This document shows positions 48,767 to 55,662 of a stretch of 55,662 nt of DNA, in pieces. Location of the stretch: the NCBI GenBank assembly GCA_030390025.1, contig CM059446.1, positions 23,816,339 through 23,872,000 of the forward strand, given 5' to 3'. How positions within the stretch are numbered: position 1 is the stretch's first letter; the number at the start of each line of letters is the position of its first letter. The notes under the pieces are model-generated. The model did not search any database. It was not told where the DNA came from and worked only from the letters and a program-made list of their open reading frames with translations. Source of the stretch: Squalus acanthias (lineage: Eukaryota). Position numbers and translations under genes: made by a program.

Positions 48767-50856
48767 CTGAAAGAACAAATTATTTTTTTTCTTAGAATAT
48801 TTTTTAAAACTATGAACAGTTGCTCCTGCTGTAGCTAGATGGGATTAGAACCAGCCTCCTGTTTAAAGGGTTTCTCCCAGACAATTGCCAGAGTTACTCC
48901 AATTTTCTCTCTCTTCCAGTGAGGAAATACCTGGGATTGTCTCCGTACCTCCTGTGCTGGGCATGGCTGGAATTCATTACATACTAAAAGCAATGGGTGG
49001 TCTCAATACGAATGGTACTGCACCTGTAGTGATCGAAACGGAAGCTGACCTAACGTTATGTGACAGCCCACAGGCGAATGCAAGGGATGAATAATGTGAG
49101 GGCTTTGGACACCATCCCATACCTCAAAGTGAGATGAAATTTGTCCCCAAACTGCCCCCCTCCCCAACAACTGAGCAGGAGTTTGGCTCTCCTCATCGCC
49201 CCAAACCACAGCACTTCAACTCTCAACCCCTTCCCTCACTCATCAAGTTAGCAGCACATCAACCCATGGCGCAGAATTGTGGCCACCCGCCCCCCCCCCG
49301 GAACTAATTATGTTTGTGGCCTGTAATCTGCACCTCCACTGAGCAAGATCCCAGGCCTCAACCCTTTATCACGGAGCAAAATTTCAAACTCTTTCCTCCC
49401 TCCGCCCCACTGCATTTCCAGTTCCAACCTACTTACAGACTGCCAATCCTTCCTCTTCCCCTCCCCCCCTCGCTGCAGCTGGCCCTCACAGGCTACCCCT
49501 ACCCCTCTTCAATTCCCTTTTTACAGTAAGCACCCCACACCCCAACTACGTTTTACATCCACAGCAACCCCACCTCCCACTCTGCCACATTAACTCAATT
49601 ATCCTCTACCCACCAACCTGGCTTCATCTGAAAAATTCAAAATTGTCTCGACTAACCAAGGGATCAGCTAGTACATAGAAAATCTCAAGACTGGGAGAAA
49701 CCAAAAGGATCATCAGTCCACCTTCCCATTCAACTAGCAGCTTATCCAATAATGTGTTTCTCTTCAAGATGCTACCTTCTACTTTGGAGATTTAAGCCAC
49801 TTGCCCCACGACCTACCTTGCCGATCTAATCCCCAAAACTGATCAAGCTCTCGGTGATATTTCTTTATTTTCTGCCTGAAATCAACCTTTTCACACCCTA
49901 CTTTTGTCTCCAATTGTGCTGTCCATGAGGGAATCGAGTCTGGGATGACAGCACAAGAGAAGGTAAGCGGAGGAGTAGTGATGGGTGGATGGAGTAATCA
50001 AGAAAGGCGTTGAGTTAATTGTCAAATATAGCTTTAACCCATTCCCCTTGCTGCGGTCAAGTTGCCATATTGGCTGCTTTGGGTAATTCAGTGATACCAC
50101 ACTCAGTAAGGAAGCCAAACTCAGTGAGCATAGGTCAGAGCTAAGGTCACAGCATTGTATTCCGATTCTCTGACCAGGAATCCCGTGGATGCGGCTCCAT
50201 GCTGGGAGTGTAGGACCACAGAATTACTCCATTAGATCTTTGGAATGGTGCTGGGCTAGAAGTGATTGACATTTCTTCCTTTCAGTTTGGAATATTCTAA
50301 CAAACAAACAAAGGTGGCTTATAATATGAAGCAAAATGGTTGAGGGTTTTACAAGAGAAGGAACTACCAGCTTAGTCTGTTGCATCCCACCACCAGCGCT
50401 GTTGGCAACATCTGCTGCTCACGCTGTAGAGGTCTCCTCCCAGGTTCCAACTAGAGAGACTGCCTGATCAGATTGAAGCCCATTTTGGGGTTTTTACGCT
50501 AAATATTCTCTTCGAGTTCGGTATTATTGGCCACTCCCGTGAGTGGACGTCATGTTCCTTACAACAAAATGTGCCTTTACCTGCCCAATATCTAGGAGAG
50601 ACCCTGAGTTCAAACAGAGGACCCCTGTACTGTACTCCAGCTTACTGAAATAAATCACATGCCAGCATGCAATCAAACATACACTGCACCAAACACAGGG
50701 TCAGGGTATAAACCAAGTTCATTTAACATTAAACAGGTAAATGAACAGTATCCAATGTGAACAGAACATTTACAGCAATTACAGACTTCACAATCCTCCT
50801 TGAAATGTCACAACAACACACACTTCTGTATTAAGCTTCAACATAAAATCCTTGAA

Positions 50857-51082
50857 TTACATAGAATTTACAGCACAGAAACAGGCCATTCGGCCCAACT
50901 GGTCTAATCTGGTGTTTATGCTCCACACGAGCCTCCTCCCACCTTACTTCATCTCAGCCTATCAGCGTATCCTTCTATTCCTTTCTCCCTCATGTGCTTA
51001 TCTAGCCTCCCCTTAAATGCATCTACGCTATTCACCTCAACTAGTCCTTGTGGTAGCGAGTGCCACATTCTAACCACTCTGA
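50857..51082 (-). mobile_element. CR1 LINE 3' tail
   Basis: acagcacagaaacaggccattcggccc...ccttgtggtagcgagtgccacattctaaccactct, the reverse complement of the RVVRMWHSLP-type coding end. Confidence 0.8.
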
Positions 51083-52499
51083 GTTGCACACTTCTTACAC
51101 AGAAAAACTCCATCGCGGAGCCTCTGACTAACTCAGTAACTCTGTTGGCTTCATACTGACTGGCAAACCGAACGTACAGTCAAATATAAACCCGCAATCG
51201 GAGGTGCCTGCCCACAGATTTGTCCATCAGAGACTATAAAGAATCATTAGACCTGCTCCTCTCAGACCTGACCCACATCTTAATCCCAGACGCAACTGTC
51301 AAGTCAAACCCACTGCTCCAAAAAAGACATCAATCCCATAGGATGTTTCACTTGAATGGGATGACTTGGTTCATTAATCTGTGCTAAATACTGGGCATGA
51401 TCGGTTAGATAGCCTCCTTCCAAGTACAATGGCAGTAACCAAAATCAAATCAGACAGACTACGGCCTTCCTGAAATATGCACGACTCTGCCTGTGCACCA
51501 AGGTGTGAAAATTTGCCAGACCGTAATACATATCCATGCAAGTTGCAGAAACAGCTAGCAGTAACTGTAGACAGTGTAGCTAGTTTCTGAGAGATTCACT
51601 GTAGCAGCTCCACGCCACAGTCTGCCTGTTGAGAGCATCCCTCATCTGTGGCCGTGCCTCTCCACTCCCCACACAGAGTTTGGGACTTTCGGGGTGAGCA
51701 GTGAGGATGAACCTACTGCTCACTACTCCACTGGGCACGTCAGTGCTTTTCTATGGAGAAGAGGTACAGGAGACCATTGAGCTGATGAGAGGAAGTAGAT
51801 AATGAGGGGGAGACATTAAGAAAGGGTCGGGCAATCATCTCAGGACACTAGAACATCCTTATGACACTCATCAGTATCAATGAGAAATGGCAATGGCACT
51901 ATCCTGGTCAATCCAACAGATCTATCACCTATTTTCATCAATCTTATTTAGCATATTGGCATGAGGAAAAATAAATTACATTTTAATATTCATTCCTGGT
52001 AGGTGGGCATCGCTGGCAAGGCTGGCATTTATTGCCCATCCAAGACAGTGGTGGCAGCCCTTCTTGAACCAGTTCAGAGGGCAGTAAGGAGTCAACCACG
52101 TGTTTGGGACTGGAGTCACATACAAGCCAGACCGAGTAAGGATGGCAGGTTTCCTTTCATAAAGGACATTCAAATCAGCACACCCTAATGTTGTGTATGA
52201 ATACCCTTCTCTTGTGCTATTCTTAATTCAATCACCTTTAAACTGCTTTGCTTATACCTCACGCCACGATCCCACACCATCTGTTTTTGCACATGGTAAA
52301 GGGCAGCAACCTGCCCCTCAGTCCTGAAGGTTATGAGGGACCCGATCCCTTTAGTCTGAAGGGTGGAACAGGAGGCAAAGGGAATGCTGGAAAAATATCA
52401 GATGGCACTTACTCCACCATTCACCCCAGTGATTCATCTGTAGCAGGGAGTGGAGATTAGGAGCTTCCTTCAACCCCTTCACCCCGAGCATGGACACTA

Positions 52500-52617
52500 A
52501 GGAAAATCAAGTGATATGGGGATAGGGCGGGAAAGTGGAGTTGATGTAGAAGATCAGCCATGATCTTATTGGCTCGAGGGACCGTATGGCCTACTCCTGC
52601 TCCTATTTCTTATGTCC
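52500..52617 (+). mobile_element. CR1 3' tail fragment
   Basis: atcaagtgatatggggatagggcgggaaagtggag...gatcagccatgatcttatt...ggcctactcctgctcctatttcttatg. Confidence 0.8.
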
Positions 52618-52938
52618 TCATGTTCATTGCACAAGACCGCACCCTGCGATAACCACGTGTCACCAAGATCAAAGCGCTCAGATGATGCAGCGTAGTCACT
52701 GCACTTGAGACCTGCACTCAAGGTCGAGTGTTCTGGAAGGAGAGGATGGACATCTGGGACCGTATGGCCTACTCCTGCTCCTATTTCTTATGTCCTCATG
52801 TTCATTGCACAAGACCGCACCCTGCGATAACCACGTGTCACCAAGATCAAAGCGCTCAGATGATGCAGCGTAGTCACTGCACTTGAGACCTGCACTCAAG
52901 GTCGAGTGTTCTGGAAGGAGAGGATGGACATCTGGACC
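52579..52938. repeat. Apparently perfect ~178-bp tandem duplication
   Basis: 52579-52756 repeated at 52757-52934; GGACC present at all three boundaries. Confidence 0.95.
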
Positions 52939-54449
52939 ACAGGATACACTGTCTCAAGCCCAGTCAACTGGAGATGAAAGATAATTGATGGGTGGGGGAT
53001 GCCAGAGGAAAAAGGGTAAAAAAATCAGAGCCAACCAAAACCCCAACTAAGAACAAACACAAGATTTGAGAACATTGTTCAGATATAGTGACATTCGTCC
53101 CTTTTCCAAAAACTTATTTTCCCTCAGGATTTAGAGTATTTCAATATTCCTGGACTTGCCTCAGTTTATTATAACTGGCAACGTTCAATGGCCGTGACAG
53201 AGATAGTGGATAAAACCCAGCAAAAACCTACAGCGCACAGCGAGTAAACGGGATCAATTAATTCCACTCTGGTAGCCAATGGCTTGAAACATGCTGCTGC
53301 CAGAATTCCACAGGGATCATACAGTTCAATTACCAACATGTCCTTATAAGGGAAGAAAGAGAGAAAGGAAGGAAGGAGCGAGAAAGAAAAAAAGAGGGAA
53401 GGAAAAAGTTAGAGAGAAAGCAAATACAGACTCCATAGGGTTCATCTCTCACGTTAAGCTCATTTGATCACAGATGCATAGCGGGAACCTCTGCAGGATT
53501 TAGAGCTTTTACTGTTTTGGACAGAAATCTCATACTGTCCTGTCAGCTTAGCTCAGCTGGTAGCAGCCTTGCCTCGGAGTCAGAAGTTGTGGGTTAAAGA
53601 CCAACTCTAAAGCTTGAGCACATGATCCAGGCCGACAGTGCAGTATTATTGGAGGGTCTGTCATTTTGGTCTTTGCTGGTCACCACCTGTCCTGAACCGG
53701 ATGTGTCCTCAGGTCAGTCATCGAGCGGACAAAGCCCAAGTAGATAGGATCGTGGAAACTCCTGCCCTGGGAGGGAGGAGGTAACAGAGCAGGTGGGTCG
53801 TTCTCATGGGACTGGTCAGTCAGTGACGGAAGCTCAGACACGGAGGGAAGGCCGTCCCTCCAATGGGACACAAAGGACACTAAGTGCACCAAAGAAACCA
53901 AGGTGTAGTGGGGCAAGAGTTGGCACCAATGTTCTGGAGCTCGGGGTATTTTGAATGGGCGGTGCAGCCCCTTAAAGGGGCTGCGCACCCAAAAAAAATT
54001 AAAGGGTTGGAACAAAATGAAATTCAGTTAATGAATGTTGCTTTCAATCGGACAAACCCAGGCAGCCGTACACTCCAAAGGATGACAGCAAACTACAAGA
54101 GAGAGTCTCTCAGGTGCTAATGGGCAATGTTAGACAGTTTACCCACTGCCGACGTGTGGGCAAAGGTCAGTTTCCCAGATTAATTGTTACTTGTGGAAAA
54201 ATAAATTCAAATAATTCTGTAATAAGGAAATTAAAATGTCCATGTCTGTGCAATGAAGATTTGTCTGAATACACAATCTGCTACTTTATCTTGTCTATCT
54301 GCCCAGACACTTACATTCTATCTACTCTAAATAAAAATCATTTAAAATATTTTATTTCCCCCCCCTGCCAATACATGGAGATTCCCTCTTTTCAGTTGCT
54401 TTTCCTGCCTCTGTGCCAAAGGTGGGGCAATATGCTCAGAGGTCTTAAT

Positions 54450-54973
54450 CGTAGTCATACGGCACAGAAGGAGGCCATTCGGCCCATCGAGTCCATGCCG
54501 GCTCTCTGTAGAGCAATCCAGTCAGTTCCATTCCCCCGCTCTATCCCTGTAGCCCTGCAAGTTTATTTCCCTCAAGTGCCTATCCAGTCTCCCCTTGAAA
54601 ACATTGAGTGTCTCCGTTTCCACCACTTCCATCGGCAGTGAATTCCAGGTCCTCACCACTCGCTGCGTAAAAATTTTTTTCCTCACATCCCCCTTTATCT
54701 CTTACCCAAAACCTTAAATCTGTGTCCCCCAGTCCTTGTACCATCAACTAGTGGGAACAGCCTTTCCCCGTCTAGCCTATTCAAACCCGTCATAATCTTG
54801 TACACCTCTATCAAATCACCCCTCAACCTCCTTTGCTCTAATGAAAACAAATCCAGCTTCTCCAACCTGTCCTTGTAACTAAGATCCCCCATCCCCGGAA
54901 CCATTCTGGTAAATCTCCTCTGCACCCTCTCAAGTGCCTTCACATCCTTCCTAAAGTGTGGTGACCAGAACTG
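54450..54973 (-). mobile_element. 5'-truncated CR1 LINE
   Basis: QFWSPHFRKDVKALERVQRRFTRMVPGM...RLRGDLIEVYKIM, with a CR1 tail. Confidence 0.93.
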
Positions 54974-55207
54974 GCCGAGCTCTTCAAACTGGCCACCCCA
55001 AAAATGCAAGAGTGGGGGGGGGTAAAGACAAAGCTCCCATCCTGGGGGGTAGCGCCTGCTTCTTCCTGCACTGACAGAGCCAAACTAACTCAACACGTGA
55101 AGGAATTGGAGGAGGGAGCTGGCTCTGGCTCACCCGGCACAGATCATTCGGGCTCCAGTGCACGACATCATTGGGTCACTTGGAGAAACTCGTGCCAGAG
55201 GATGAAA

Positions 55208-55335
55208 CTGACGAAAGGTCACCAACCTGAAACGTTAACTCTGATTCTCTCTCCATAGACGCTGCCTGGCCTGCTGAGTATTTCCAGCATGTTCTGCTTT
55301 TATTTCAGAATTCCACCATCCGCAGTATTTTGCTT
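55208..55335 (+). mobile_element. Penelope-like terminal repeat fragment with hammerhead core
   Basis: CTGACGAAAGGTCACCAACCTGAAACGTTAACTCTG...gacgctgcctggcctgctgagtatttccagc. Confidence 0.7.
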
Positions 55336-55337
55336 AG

Positions 55338-55645
55338 GTACTTTTTGAAGTGTAGTTGCTGTTGTAATGTAGGAAACATGGCAGCCAATTTGCGCACAGA
55401 AAGCTCCTGCAAACAACATTGTGATAATGACCAGATAATCTGTTTTTGGCTTTAGTTGAGGGATAAATATTGGTCAGGACACTGGTCAGAACTCCCCTGC
55501 TCTTCTTCAGATTCTGCCCACCTGAGGGCAGTTTAACGTCTCATCCGAAAGACAGCACACCTCTGACAGGGCAACACGCCCTCGGCACTGCATTGAGAGT
55601 GTCAGCCTAGATTATGTGCTCAAGTCCCTGGAGTGAATCCACAAC
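55338..55645 (-). mobile_element. DeuSINE copy in reverse orientation
   Basis: Reverse complement of the 36455-36832 element (gttgtaatgtaggaaac..gcagccaatttg; gagggataaatattgg; gtttaacgtctcatccgaaagacagc). Confidence 0.8.
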
Positions 55646-55662
55646 CAATGTTCCACTAAGCT

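Larger units (their letters stand above)
1..55662 (-). other. LDB3: LDB3 (LIM domain binding 3 / ZASP / Cypher) gene, internal portion; PDZ exons expected beyond the right edge and LIM exons beyond the left edge
   Basis: A series of GT-AG bounded minus-strand exons in the expected order and phase encodes recognisable LDB3 peptides: PVIPHQK; QYNSPKGLYS; HAQYNTPISMYSQDAIMDAIAGQ; [11 protein letters not shown]...[16 protein letters not shown]; QDPDEDAMKRS; PRFAKLRNWHHGLSAQILN. Confidence 0.97.

Noticed and set aside
13231-53351. CArG boxes at 13231, 46170 and 53342
   Set aside because: A few CC(A/T)6GG matches are expected by chance in 55 kb, and they are not clustered.
48767-55662. PDZ-coding exons of LDB3
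   Set aside because: Searched by eye for GPWGFRL and HLEAQNKIK coding sequence on the minus strand and found none; they presumably lie beyond the window.

Overview
Vertebrate genomic DNA, most likely a cartilaginous fish (shark), judged from the repeat families: CR1 tails, HE1-like V-SINE, DeuSINE and Penelope-type termini. The whole window lies inside one minus-strand gene, LDB3 (ZASP/Cypher), and is almost entirely intron. Reading splice sites by hand recovers the post-PDZ exon (48766-48691), the cardiac-type ZM exon (40228-39771), the skeletal-type set (20-nt, 204-nt and 21-nt exons), the shared 182-nt and 37-nt exons, the short-isoform terminal exon (12849-12753) and the probable start of the first long-isoform exon (34-1). 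All splice phases are mutually consistent. I did not find the PDZ or LIM exons; they should lie outside the window. Nearly all supplied ORFs are spurious or LINE-derived. I found no convincing new multi-gene system. The best leads are: (i) extra LDB3 exon candidates with no mammalian counterpart that I recognise (a 30-nt microexon, an 81-nt Cys-rich cassette, and a possible second terminal exon starting SCCC); (ii) minimal hammerhead ribozyme cores in Penelope-like repeat termini; (iii) a minisatellite forming an RBFOX-motif cluster inside the alternatively spliced region; (iv) several nested transposon insertions with a readable order. Comparisons to human/mouse LDB3 and repeat-family names come from recall, not from database searches. 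Repeat boundaries are approximate unless TIRs or TSDs are quoted.
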